DNA of 64,000 nt from Eledone cirrhosa (lineage: Eukaryota). The stretch lies in contig OZ024746.1 of assembly GCA_964016885.1 (NCBI GenBank), positions 84,692,001 through 84,756,000 on the forward strand, written 5' to 3'. Position 1 is the first letter of the stretch. Every line of letters starts with the position of its first letter. The notes beneath the pieces are model-generated. The model was given only the letters and a program-made list of their open reading frames with translations, made no database searches and was not told the origin of the DNA. Positions 42,911 through 55,696 of the stretch are shown piece by piece. Position numbers and translations under genes: made by a program.

Positions 42911-44127
42911 TCGTAGTATTATTATTCGTAGTAGTAGTAGCAATAGTATTAATTGTTGTTCTTGCTGTTGTTATTTGACAGTGACATGGGAGTGACGAGT
43001 GACTATATGCCTTGTGGTATTTGTTCCGGCTCTTAAATCTTTGTTCAAATCCCGTGGACATCAACTTTTCCTTCCATACTTCGGAGATCAATAAAACACC
43101 AGTCGATTGCTGGTGGGGGTGGGGTGGGGGTGATTAAATCGATTATACCTCTCCTTAAGTTCTTGAACTGGGGCCTTTGTTAGAAAGAGCTATTATTGTT
43201 ATTAGGGCTGTCGCGATGGGGGGGGGGGGGGATTAGTAAAACTGTTAGAGAATCAAACTAAGTTCCTTGCAATCTTGATTCCAGATCCATATGTTCTAAG
43301 TTCAAATCCCACCGAGGTGAATTTATCCTTCTCCCAAGAGCCGTTAAAATACAGTACAAGTGAAGTACTTCGGTAAATCATTCTTTCCGTTCTCCTTTCT
43401 CTCCTATCTCTCATCTGTTCTGCCTTTTCTTCCTCTCCATTCTCTCTCTTCCTTTCTCTCTCTCAGAATTGGTTTGCGGTTATAAAATTACTGCCCATTG
43501 ATGGAGTTCTAATGACAGGTAAAAGATGCATCGTTTGGGGAACATGCACTGAAGCAGGATAAATGCTAGAAAAGAAGGGCTCTACTTATTATGTTTTCAA
43601 CAGTCACATGCACATTTCAAGAAGTGAACCTTCGTATTCCTGAGGTGTGTGCAACGTTTCCAAGGCAATCCATTCTAAAAACAATGGAATGATCAGATAT
43701 GATTTTTTCATTTCTGATGTCCGTTCCCCTGTAGTTAGCATGAACTGTCTGGGACCCGTAACTTTCTTGCATAAGATGCTATCTGATGTTGCAGCGTCAT
43801 TGAACCGTTATGTAGCCATGAACGCCATTGAAATATGTAGCACAGTTTTATAAAGAAAGATTTTTAAATATCTTCATCGAACTTCACAATTATCCTTATT
43901 GTACATATACTCTGTCACGAACTAACAAATTATATTTGGAAGAAAGCACATGATGTTGAGTGCTTAACACGAATTGCATTATTATTCACTGATAGGTGCA
44001 TTGCATACGCTACTCTGATTAGTCAACATGTTTACCGTAAATAAATAAAGCGAAAACCAACCAAACAGTGAGTGTGTTCTGTTATTAATTCTGGCAATAT
44101 TACACAACTATGACCCTCGCCAAGTAT

Positions 44128-44232
<105 letters not shown>

Positions 44233-44721
44233 TGTGTGTGTATCAGGTTCAACATCACATTATTAGTGATATTTCATTGCATATTAGAGCACCTCCCACG
44301 AACAAGAACGACAACGCCATTTATGGATCTATACAACCTAGTATATTCTAAGGTGAATATCCCTTCTCCGCCTACAAAGTTCTGTTTGAAGAGACTACTA
44401 GAGAAAGTTGATGATATATTTAAGAATATGCGTTGAAAAGCTTTCTTCGGCGATTTCTGATACCATGGAAACAACCACAGAGTACTACCGAAAATAAATA
44501 GGAGTAAACCTAGAATAAAGGAATAAAGAACTCGAACCTTTTGAATGCGACCTTTTAGACTTGATAGCCAACAGACGATTCTATAAGTGCACTAACACCT
44601 TACAAAATAACCTTATTGCTGACATTAACACTATCAAGAATTTTCAAAAAATCCTTTCTAATCACTGACGAAGTAAATAACTTTTATGAAGTAGTAAACA
44701 ACACCACATACAATTACTTCA

Positions 44722-44843
44722 TAATAATTGTTTCTACTTTAGGCACAAGGCCAGCAATTACCCAGTGCATTACTGGTACTTTATTTTATTGACCCCGTAA
44801 GGATGAAAGGCAAAGTTAACCTCGGCGGGATTTGAACTCAGAA
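44722..44843 (-). mobile_element. 5'-truncated major-family SINE inserted in the Penelope ORF
   Basis: Consensus 3' two-thirds. Confidence 0.9.
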
Positions 44844-44985
44844 TAATAATATTGTTTATAATTATAAAAAGACTAGCGTAAACACTTATATTGATACAAA
44901 CATCGAGGCAAATAATTTGGCAAATAATGGAGTTAGATAAGGGATTAAATTGTCTAGCTAAATGGGAAGTACACGTTATTATTAA

Positions 44986-45183
44986 GGGCGGTGGATTGGC
45001 AGTTTCGGTAGAGGGTCGGACGCTATGCTTTGCAACAAAGAGTTATAGCCCTTTATGGTCTGAGTTCAAATCCCGCTAAGATTAACTTTGCCTTTCATCC
45101 TTACAGGGTCGATAAAATAAAGTACCAGTAATACAGTGAGATAATTGCTGAACTTGTGCCAAAAGTAGAAACAATTATTAAGG
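44986..45183 (+). mobile_element. Major-family SINE with 10-bp target-site duplication
   Basis: ATTATTAAGG at 44978-44987 and 45174-45183; removing the insert restores the IIKDHK reading frame. Confidence 0.9.
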
Positions 45184-46687
45184 ATCACAAATTTCTTCGA
45201 ATTCTAAATATAATTAATTAATCAAACAAAAGTAAAAATAGGATTAATTAGCACGAATATCTTAAGAAAATGTACAGAAACACTAGGAAGGCAACCAAAC
45301 TCCAGTAATTATTAGTGATACAGTAGTTAGTTTAATAATATTAGTATTAAACACGACGTTAAGTTTAGCTTCGTCGAATTTTCTGCTTTGACTTCTGCAT
45401 ATCTTTTCACCAATGCCCTAGTCTTAACTAGAGTTCCTAGCCACATAGTTGATTATGGTATTGATATCATTATGTATGCTCAAAAGTCTCTAAACTTTGA
45501 GAAAGATTCGGCCTAGGTAAAAATATCAGATCCCACAAATTCATTCAATATCAGAATTGATTCATTCGACGGCACAGATATTTGAACTCTCCTAAATCTA
45601 TATTTTCTAGGCACACTAAGTAAGACATATCTTGAGATAATGGGATGACCGTTTCAAAGATATCAAACTAAAACATACTAGTAAGTACACACTAGACATA
45701 TTTGGGAAGCATATCATCATTTCGGCCTAAAATTACCCATCACTACTAAACTTACTATCGTAAATGTTTTTGACATCATCTTAGATTTAAGCACAGATGT
45801 AATGAAAAACTATATTATATTAATACTGCCACACGTCTATAATTAAACAAATCCTAATAAGTAATATTAATAAGAGTTTTTACAAACACGTCTAAAAAAG
45901 GGCATCATTAATACCTTATTACAATAATGCTTTAGCTGCGAGCGGATTGAAAGATAAGATTAAACACACCCTAGTCCTCGATTTCCAATGCTAAGAACAA
46001 TCCCTGTGATATTATCCTTTTTTCTTATATGTTAAGTGAAATATTTCTCAAATTTTCATAACCCTAACAGATAAGCATTACCATTTAACTGCAGTTACGC
46101 AAAACTATCCAACATGAACAGAAGCCGAGTGCATGTGTTGAAACACCAATGTATGCCCAGTCGATCACTCATTCAAAGCGGATACTATAGTGTATTAAGC
46201 AAAAGTCAGGGCTTCTAAATCCAACCATAGTATAGCACATAAATAAAGCATTATTATGGTAGAAAATAGGGTTAAGGCCCATTACTCAAACTACATATTA
46301 TCTTCAGACCTACAGAGAAAAATACCACAACATTATGTTCCATCTGACATTGAAAAGTGGATGAGATATGATTTTGACAAGGAGAGTTTTCTAGAGATGA
46401 GTAGCGCATATTTGAATAATTTGAGTAGCGCATATTTGAATAATTTGAGTAACTTTATTTGAATAATATCGACAATTCCATAAACTATAATTTGAGTTTA
46501 GATAATTATCTAAACTCAATATCAGGATTCTTAAAGAAGTACCTCTACTTTCATAAGTAGACGTTGTTTAGACCAAACGGACGTTTGGTCAAAAGGATTC
46601 TAGCCGTGAACACATCATCTTTTATTCTCAAGCATTGAACTACCTTATCCATTATGTCCTCTCTTTATTTAAGAGAAGTCAAGATAT

Positions 46688-46868
46688 AATAATTGTTTCT
46701 ACTTTTGGCACAAGGCCAGCAATTACCCAGTACATTACTGGTACTTTATTTTATCGACCCCGTAAGGATGAAAGGCAAAGTTAACCTCGACAGGATTTGA
46801 ACTCAGACCGTAAAGGGACGTAACTATAGTAGAAAGCATGGCGTTCAACCCTCTACTGATACTGCCAA
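46688..46868 (-). mobile_element. Major-family SINE
   Basis: Near-consensus copy. Confidence 0.9.
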
Positions 46869-47055
46869 GTCTAGATATAATAATAATAATGATTTCATTT
46901 ATTAGCCACAAGGGCCGACATGTAGGGGACAATACAAAGACAGGGACAGTGGGGGTTTACAATAAGGTCGAGTAAAAATGCACAAGACTAATTTAACAAT
47001 GAAGATATAAAAATATAAAATAAACTATGCATAATAATGATTAATTCCTTTGGTG

Positions 47056-47240
47056 TTGAATTGGCAGTATCGGTAGAGGGTTGGACGCCATGCTTTCTAG
47101 CATAGTTACGTCCCTTTACATTCTGAGTTCAAATCCCGCCGAGGTTAACTTTGCCCTTCATCCTTACGGGGTCGATAAAATAAAGTACCAGTAATGTACT
47201 GGGTAATTGCTGGCCTTGTGCCTAAAATAGAAACAATTAT
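47056..47240 (+). mobile_element. Major-family SINE
   Basis: Near-consensus copy, inverted relative to 46688-46868. Confidence 0.9.
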
Positions 47241-48293
47241 CTTCATCTCTGCTTGAACAGGCCTATGTTCAAAAGTGTTCCAAGCAATGATCCCCCCCCC
47301 CCCCCCCCCAAAAAAAAATTTACGAAACACACTAATTCATGATTTGAGGGAGATTTAGCTGCTATTTTTGATAGGTCGAGCAATACAGTGGCCTTCTCGA
47401 TACTGGGTTCATTGTAATGATTTCTAACGTAGACACACTTATGTCATAAATCATATTTTAAGATTAGTGAAACAGTCGGTTACACAGATCTTATATTTAT
47501 ATCATAGACGTCGGAGAATGTAATAGAGAAAGTTGACACGGCAAGATTTTGAACCTTTACAGGTGCAAATAAATACTGCTAGAAACAGCTACCATATCCC
47601 CCTCAATCCCTATACAAATGTATTTCTTTTCCTTCATTCACATCACTCCAAACAGTACCTTCTCGACCATGTTAGCTCGAACATGCAACACACAGGGAAC
47701 CTTTACGTGGCTACTCGACGAACTAGAAATAAATGTTAAATCTCCCTAAAATCACATCTCGCCTTTTACAAAAAAAGACATGTTGGATAATATAGTAATG
47801 GGTTTGCTGTATATAGGGAGAAAAAAAACAAACAAACAAAAAAAACAAGATGTCCACGAGTGGTATGCTGTTCATTATAGGTCTGCATGATTAGGGCTGA
47901 TCTAGGACAAAATAACGTCAACAACAATACCTACAACAATTTTTAGGAAAAATCCCTCGCTTTCTTTCGTCCTCAGTCTACCACCGCCGCCAATTAACCG
48001 AGAGAAGAGTTAGCCACACGAAATTTACAGAAGCCAGGTTGAGCTAATCAGGTTCATGATACGATGAAAACTGAAGAAACGGGATGCCTGTTATCTTCAG
48101 ATAGATATAAAGAGAATCAGTGAGGCATGAGGTGAAACAGTTGCCAATTTATTCAGTGAAGCGTTACACGAACAACGATAGCTCGTTTTGGTGGCGTTGC
48201 TTGTCGTTATATTTGTCATCATACAACTCTGTCGTTATATTGGTCGTCATACACCTACGTGCATACATACATGCATATATATATATATATATA

Positions 48294-48340
<47 letters not shown>

Positions 48341-48431
48341 CATGCATGTATATATATATATATATATATACATACATGTATAACTATATATAAATACATA
48401 CATGCATGTATATATATATATACATACATGC

Positions 48432-48462
<31 letters not shown>

Positions 48463-48464
48463 AG

Positions 48465-48541
<77 letters not shown>

Positions 48542-49479
48542 TGTGGTGCAAATATGGCCGATTGACTAATGGTGTTCAATTTGCAATCATAAGAGCCTGG
48601 GTTCGATACACATGTCTATAGAATAATTCAATTAAGAGCTAATCGTCGACAACGACGGAGGATCTCTTAACATTTTTGTGTGTATATCTCAGTTTGTTCT
48701 GTGACTAAACAATAACAACTACAACATTAGCAACTATCGTTGCTGCCCAGAAATCTTTACAGATGTGTCACCCTCAGAGCGGACTGCCGCATCATCAGAT
48801 CTGATCCACGAAACTTCCCTAGTGTGTTTGTTTGAAGAAGATGAAACTCTTGACCAGTGGAAACTAATAATAAATACTATACTAATAAGAATACAAGGCG
48901 AAACATTTGGCAGGTGGAGAACAGGTAGTTCTACTCAGCCCTACATTTGACAAGATACTTTGTTTTAATGAACTAGTAAATCTGAAAGATAACAAGGTAG
49001 ATAGTAATTTTTAAAATATTTGGCTGTTGTTTCTAGGAGGTCGAGAGACTACGGAAAGGCTTCCTTAATGGCATTGTTTCTTGTTAAAATGGCTGCCGCC
49101 GTCTTTGTCCCAATTAAGGGTTGGCAGGTCTTTCAAGCATGGTTGACTTTATTTATAAGGCTCAATGCTTCCTTCGCCCATTCCTACGTCGCCCTTATAC
49201 AAATTAGTGGCCTTGTTAACTGAGCACACTCGAGACGAATTGCTCAGACACACAGCACGACGCAAGACCACGAGCACCACCACCACCACCACCATCACCA
49301 CCACCACCACCATCACCATCACCACCACCACCACCATCACCACCACCACCAACAACAACAACAAAAACGAGAGCAGCAACAACAACAACACGATTATCGT
49401 CGTTATCTTCATCATCGTGATCATAAACATCATGCGCTTTATGTGTGTGTATGCATATATATATACTCTTGCATTCGCG

Positions 49480-49601
49480 CGTGTAAGTGTATGTGTAGTG
49501 TGTGTGTGTATGTATATGTATGTATGTATGTGTGTGTGTGTGTATGTATGTATGTGTATCTGTGTGTGTCTGTGTGTCTGTGTGTGTGTCCGTGTGTGTG
49601 T

Positions 49602-49651
<50 letters not shown>

Positions 49652-50265
49652 CTGTGTGTGTGTGTGTCTGTGTATCTGTGTGTGATTGTGTGTGTGCGTC
49701 TGTGTGTGTCTGTGTCTGTGTGTGTATCTGTGTGTGTCTGTGTGTGTGTGTGCATGTGTGTGAGTGTGTGTGTGTGAGTCTATGTGTGTGTGTCTGTGTG
49801 TGTATGTCTGTGTGTGATTGTGTGTGTGCGTGTGTGTGTGTGTGTATGCGTGTGTGTGTCTGTGTCTCTGTGTGTGTGTATCTGTGTGTGTCTGTGTGTG
49901 TGTGTGTCTGTGTGTGTGCATGTGTGTGTGTGTCTGTGTCTGTGTGTGTGTGTGTGTGTGTGGGTGTCTGTGTGTGTATGTGTGTGAGTGTGTGTGTGTG
50001 AGTCTGTGTGTGTGTGTCTGTCCGTGTGTGTCTGTGTGTGTGTGCGTCTGTGTGTGTATGTGTGTGTATGTGTTTGAGTGTGTGTGTGTGAGTCTGTGTG
50101 TGTGTGTCTCTGTGTGTCTGTGTGTGTCTCTGTGTGTCTCTGTGTGTCTGTGTGTCTGTGTGTTTGTGTGTGTGTGTGTGTCTGTGTGTGTGTGTGTGTA
50201 TGTGTTTGAGTGTGTGTGTGTGTGAGTCTGTGTGTGTGTGTCTGTGTGTGTCTGTGTGTGTCTGT
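49480..50265. repeat. Interrupted (GT)n tract
   Basis: Direct inspection. Confidence 0.95.
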
Positions 50266-50817
50266 TTAACTTTCTCTGTATGTCATAATAACATATATCC
50301 ATTCTTTTCGTCTTTTTACGAAAGCAAAAGGGCAGCATTTTTACAGTTTTACTGTTATATAACTATCTTCTTATATTTCCCAATCTATTTTGTGAATATA
50401 TATGATGTTACCAATAGGAAAAACGAGAGCTACAACAATTTGGTGCAATTATGGCGGGCAAAAAGGCACATCTAAGCATTTTTGTCCAATGCACTAACAA
50501 TTTTGCCAATCTTTATCCACTAACTTATATTCTAGAGATTTGAACTCGGAACATAAATTATCGGATCAAATACTACAAGCTCGATACTTTTACAATTCAC
50601 CCAATTCACCTCCCTGGAATGGTACTTTATTTTTATCGACACCAGAAGGATTAAAAACTAAGTTCAATTCTGAACATAAAGAGCTCAAACAAATAAAATA
50701 TGCAATTTTGTTCGCCGCTCTAACGATTCTGCAAATCCACCGGCTCAACTAAATCAGGTAATTTATCTTAAGAAGCCCAAACGTCCAGCGTACACCACTG
50801 ATTCTATGTAAACCTAC

Positions 50818-50941
50818 CTGGATTCGATCCTCTGGCAGATCAGTTTTCAGCGATAGCACCTCTCTGGCATAAACATCCGGGTAATGAGCTTCCTTGAAGG
50901 CTTTCTCTAGTTCTTCGAGTTGATAACTGGTGAAGATTGTT
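50818..50941 (-). CDS. Vsx: Vsx/Chx10 homeobox gene, internal exon encoding homeodomain residues ~5-46
   Basis: Minus strand reads ttcag|A ACA ATC TTC...ATC CAG|gtagg, a 124-nt exon translating (R)[41 protein letters not shown], a paired-like homeodomain typical of Vsx/Chx10/ceh-10. Canonical AG/GT with a pyrimidine tract upstream. Not present in this frame in the ORF track. Confidence 0.97.
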
Positions 50942-51146
50942 CTGAATCAGAAGAGAGAGAGAAATAAAGAGAAAAAAAGAGGGATCATAAAAATGATGTC
51001 TGCGCATCATCATCATCATCATCTTTAGCATCACTATTATCAACATCACCATCGTCAGCAACATCAACATCATCGTTATGAAGACCATTTGTAGAGTTAA
51101 CTGTCCAGTTAAGAAAAAGTAGGGAAAGTCACAAATACATAAACAA

Positions 51147-51252
<106 letters not shown>

Positions 51253-51299
51253 ATGTATATATATGTATATATGGCAACATGGATGGGCCTGTTATTTTT

Positions 51300-51487
51300 A
51301 TCTAAATACATTTTTTCCAATTCCACCCCGCCCATCCCTTCAATCTATCTAATTTCTCAATATTTTTTCTGATGAAGGATTAGTGTCCGAAACCTTAAGA
51401 CCCACTTCCTGCTATTTCAAGCGTTAAGCTAATATATTCTTTCCATATACTGTGCCGATTGTGTTGTTATTTCTGTTTACCTTTTAC
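51300..51487 (+). mobile_element. pLTR-like repeat with degenerate hammerhead core (family of 17160-17395)
   Basis: CTGATGA-a gga ttagtg tcc-GAAAC at 51369-51393, then ttcaagcgttaagctaata...tgtttac. Confidence 0.45.
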
Positions 51488-51493
51488 ACACAC

Positions 51494-51631
<138 letters not shown>

Positions 51632-51784
51632 TTTTTAGTATATGTTGGTTGTTTACCGACACCTCAGTATGCAGATTGGAGCACTCGACGAAGTACGCAG
51701 GTTGGTTTATTTACTCCGGAGTAATGTAAAATAATTAAGTCAAATATGTAAAATTTGGCTTCGTTTATTATAAATTATAGATAT

Positions 51785-51839
51785 ACTGCTATATATATTT
51801 CGGTGACAGCCACCATTGGCTGTGACCTCTTCAGGCAGT
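51785..51839 (-). ncRNA. Type I hammerhead ribozyme motif (left arm of palindrome C; sense to Vsx pre-mRNA)
   Basis: Exact reverse complement of 52063-52117. Confidence 0.85.
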
Positions 51840-52062
51840 CCGAATTGGTGTGGGAAAGACAAGTTCACATGTTGTTGAAGTGTGTTTTACTCCGTCAATA
51901 CATCGATATGTCCAGCTCCTGGTTGTGTTGTTATTCCTCTGAGGAATGATTCCAATTCCTCAGAGGAATAACAACAGAACCAGGAGCTGGACATATCGAT
52001 GTATTGACGGAGTAAAACACACTTCAACAACATGTGAACTTGTCTTTCCCACACCAATTCGG

Positions 52063-52117
52063 ACTGCCTGAAGAGGTCACAGCCAATGGTGGCTGTCACC
52101 GAAATATATATAGCAGT
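52063..52117 (+). ncRNA. Type I hammerhead ribozyme motif (right arm of palindrome C)
   Basis: actgc-CTGAAGA-ggtcacagcca atgg tggctgtcacc-GAAA-t atat a-TA-gcagt: 5-bp stem I, 10/11-bp stem II, 1-bp stem III with palindromic ATAT loop, predicted cut after 52112. Confidence 0.85.
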
Positions 52118-52175
52118 ATATCTATAATTTATAATATATGAAGTCAAATTTTACATATTTGACTTAATTATTATA

Positions 52176-52213
<38 letters not shown>

Positions 52214-52349
52214 ATAAATGTGAAGACTAAAATCCAAAGGGTGAAAGCAGCGATTCTTTGCTTAAACTTTAATCTGTTATTTTAATAAATATATATCTAT
52301 ATCTATATATGTGTGTGGGGGGGTGGGGGTGGGGGGGAGTGTGTGTGTG

Positions 52350-52384
<35 letters not shown>

Positions 52385-52870
52385 AAACTTGTTTTTGTGT
52401 GTAAATTGCCCGTGCCTGAGTTCCGAAACCAAATGGTTCAACAACAAAATTTCGATAAATTAAATAAGAAAAGAATAATTATGAGAGTCGATTTAATCGA
52501 CTAAATCAAGGCGACGCTCAGCATGGTTGCAATCTAATGACTAACCAATAAAGAAAAAATATAATAGAATAGAAAAAGGGTTACAAATAATTTATTTTCT
52601 TCTCCCAACTAATAGGGAAATTTCTAGTAATTTATAATTATTCCTACATTGTTCAGTATTTCACCCTTTAACTTATTTTTCCAGGAGTTACATTGTGGAT
52701 TGAAAGTTGTATAATTACATTAGATTTATTTGAACAAGGCTCCAGGAATGGCATTAATGCTTAGAGAGTGTGGGAGGAAGGAGTTTGTCCGAAACGTGAT
52801 GTGTAAAATGTTACACATAGACACACTTACACACACACACACACACACTTACACACATACACACACACAC

Positions 52871-52980
<110 letters not shown>

Positions 52981-53396
52981 TTACACACATACATGCGTAC
53001 ATAAATATAAATATGTGTATTGATATACACTGGATAAACTGCGAAGCACTGGCAGATAAAGAAGTCAGGAACAGGTTTTCGGTTATTTTTGCATCCACAA
53101 AAACTCCCTGGGTGAACGGAGTACGTTGAAACGGAGTAGAGACTGTCTAGTTTGGCATTTTTGCTGCAGCTGTTAAATGCTGCAGGTGAAAGCAGTGGGT
53201 TTTGGCCCCGTGGAGGGGGTTGGGGTGGGGGAGAAGGAGGACCCTCTTGGTTCAATCAAGTGGTCTGATTATTACTCTGGAGTTTCGTCGCGAAACTCCA
53301 GAGTAATAAGACTCAGTATTCAGCCTTAATAAAATGAATATTTAAACTCTACTTCAATATTGAGTAATCTTTTCTCTCAGCCGTCAACTTCATACG

Positions 53397-53483
<87 letters not shown>

Positions 53484-53666
53484 TATATATATATGACAAA
53501 CAACAATTAAATGAGGACCTGGAGAGATGAGGACAACTAGTAACAGAGGGAAAATGTAAGATGTGGGCTGTTGTATAGGTTATGAAAACAAAGAAAGAGA
53601 GAGGGAGAGTGAAAGAGAGAAAGGGTGGGAAAGAGAGAAAGAGATAGAGAGACAGTGTGTAGATAG

Positions 53667-53698
<32 letters not shown>

Positions 53699-54429
53699 TC
53701 ATTGTAAAGATCACTGAGATACAATGAAGGAGAAGAAAAACGATGATGATGGTGTGGGTGGGATAATAAAAATTGGCATGATGATGATGATGATGATGAT
53801 GTGGATGATGATGATGACGGATGTGATGATGATGATGATGATGAGGGGAAAGTTAATCATAATGGTAGTAGCAGTGGTGGTGATGATGATGATAATGGTC
53901 AAAGGTTGTTGTTGTCGTGGTAGCGTTGGTGACCGTGGTGACTGTGGTGACGGTAAAGCCGATGAATTGAGCAAGCGACAAAGCAGTAAATAGATTAGGA
54001 GAAATTACATTAATTGCATTTAAAGCAAAGTCCGATAACTGCTTCCACTTCCGCCCGCTTAGAATCTGTGAACGAAAGTCTTCATGATTTACCGAATGTC
54101 TGATGGTGGTCTTCGTGAATATCATCATTGTGATGGTTTTGGTAATGGTCGTGTGATAGTGTTGTTTATAGTAATGGCATTGGTAGTGTGGATGGGTGTT
54201 GTTATAGTGGTGATAGTCATGGTGGTAGTTATTGTTGTGATAGTAGTATAGTGGTTATAGCAGTGGGGGAATATGAGTGTTGTTGATGTTGTGGTGCTGG
54301 TAGTTACGGTTGGTGTGGTAGTTTTGGCAGTTGTGGTAGTTGTAGTGCTAGTGGTAGTAGAGGTGGTGGAAGTACTTATTTGGATGAAGGTTATAGTTAA
54401 GGTGATGAATGCGATTTTTATTTGTTTTA

Positions 54430-55135
54430 TTCCAGGTCAATTCGGATCGAGTAGACCTATGATCAAATGGATTCTACCCATGGCCATCCCGTCATTCCAA
54501 AAAAATGATCCTCTGTTTACAAAAAAAGACCGTTAATAGGAATCCAGTCTCGTATGTCTTGCTTAACGTGTAAACATACTACCGTTTCCTCCACACTGAG
54601 ATCGCAATAGTGTTTATAACATGTTTAGCAGCTGGTCAGACCTGATCCAACGGAGCCATGATCAAAGGCGTTTTAACGGGGACCATCCCACCCTTTCAAA
54701 GGTATTTAAGACAACATTATCCAGTATGTTACTTTGCTGCTACAGTTAGTTATTGTAATTTAGTTCTAGGACTGCTCTGATAAAGCAGACCTATGCTAAA
54801 ACTTATGACCAGCCATAACTATATTGTCCTTCTACCACGAGGAGCACATTCATTTCATGTACCTTCACTTAAAACAAAAAATACAGTATGGACTGATTTA
54901 AGGGAGATTTTAGTGTTATTTCTAGCAGATTATGTTGTTTAACTCTGAAATCTGATCAAGAAAAGCTATGATCAAACGGGTTCCAGCCATAGTAATCCTA
55001 GCCTATGTTCAAGTATAGTGTATCTAAGAATAATTTATCTAATGTGTTATTTCAATTTTTAAGGTAATCGAGGTGAAGCATGTGATTTAATGGAGATGTG
55101 GTTGCTATTTCTAGCAAGGTATGTAGCCATGTAGT
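54430..55135. repeat. Cluster of old interspersed-repeat fragments (third family)
   Basis: Recurrent gacctatgatcaaa..gttccagcc.tgaccatcc motif; similar relics near 35050, 46590 and 47260. Confidence 0.45.
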
Positions 55136-55214
55136 GGAGGGGGGGGGGTTCTCGTTGGTTCATGGTGATAACGTTGAAAGCGTTGATCGTGACGACTGCA
55201 GTGATGGTAGTGAT

Positions 55215-55272
<58 letters not shown>

Positions 55273-55696
55273 AGAAAGGGAGAGAGAGGGAAAGAGTGAA
55301 GTGGGGAGGAAAGATCTTCATCATACGTTACAATTGAGGGCTGCCCAGCGTTAATATGATTTAACCCGTGCGATTAGCGCTAGACAAACAGGAGCGGGCT
55401 GTTGTGTAATAATAGACCGAGCTAATTCAATAAAACACGGCTTTCAATACACTGTGAAAAGCTTTAACTTAGTTGAGGAGCATTGTGAGTTGATGGGAGG
55501 AGATAGAGGTGATATTGACGTTGAAATGGTATTGGATGGTGGTGGTAGTTGGTGATGTTGGAAGATGGCGTTCTTGTGGTGTAGTAGTAAAAGTGGTGCT
55601 GTGTAGAGCTTTCCTGTTAGTGTGTAGGCGACAAGACTAAAGATGGTAGTGGCGTATTGTGTTTTGTGGTGCTTGTGTTGGAGTGTCAGCTTGTGG

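Larger units (their letters stand above)
44323..46300 (+). pseudogene. Decayed Penelope-like element ORF (reverse transcriptase + GIY-YIG endonuclease), interrupted by two SINEs
   Basis: Colinear degenerate motifs: YSKVNIPSP..LLEKV..KNMR*KAFF (44344-44448), IIKDHK rebuilt across the SINE (44978/45183), LINQTKVKIGLIS, FNIRIDSFDGTDI (~45545-45582), degenerate Y.DDG (~45630-45645), VNVFDIILDLST, PYYNNALAASG (45914-45946), CMC*...CPV...IVY*AKV (46130-46207). Many stops and frameshifts; 3' limit approximate. Confidence 0.8.
51730..52172. mobile_element. Fold-back element C: near-perfect ~218-bp-arm palindrome, probable Penelope-like pLTR relic
   Basis: Arms 51730-51947 and 51954-52172 with about a 6-nt loop and only a few mismatches; hammerhead in each arm; solo homologue at 19721-19899. 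Confidence 0.8.

Noticed and set aside
50990-51010. RRH peptide just upstream of the homeodomain exon, resembling the missing KKRRH arm
   Set aside because: No splice donor follows it, it is out of frame with the exon, and it is preceded by an (ATG)n repeat. The true upstream exon was not found in the window.
52771-52800. gGGAGGA-agga..tcc-GAAAC hammerhead-like relic
   Set aside because: CUGA core is mutated and stem I does not pair; at most a dead relic.
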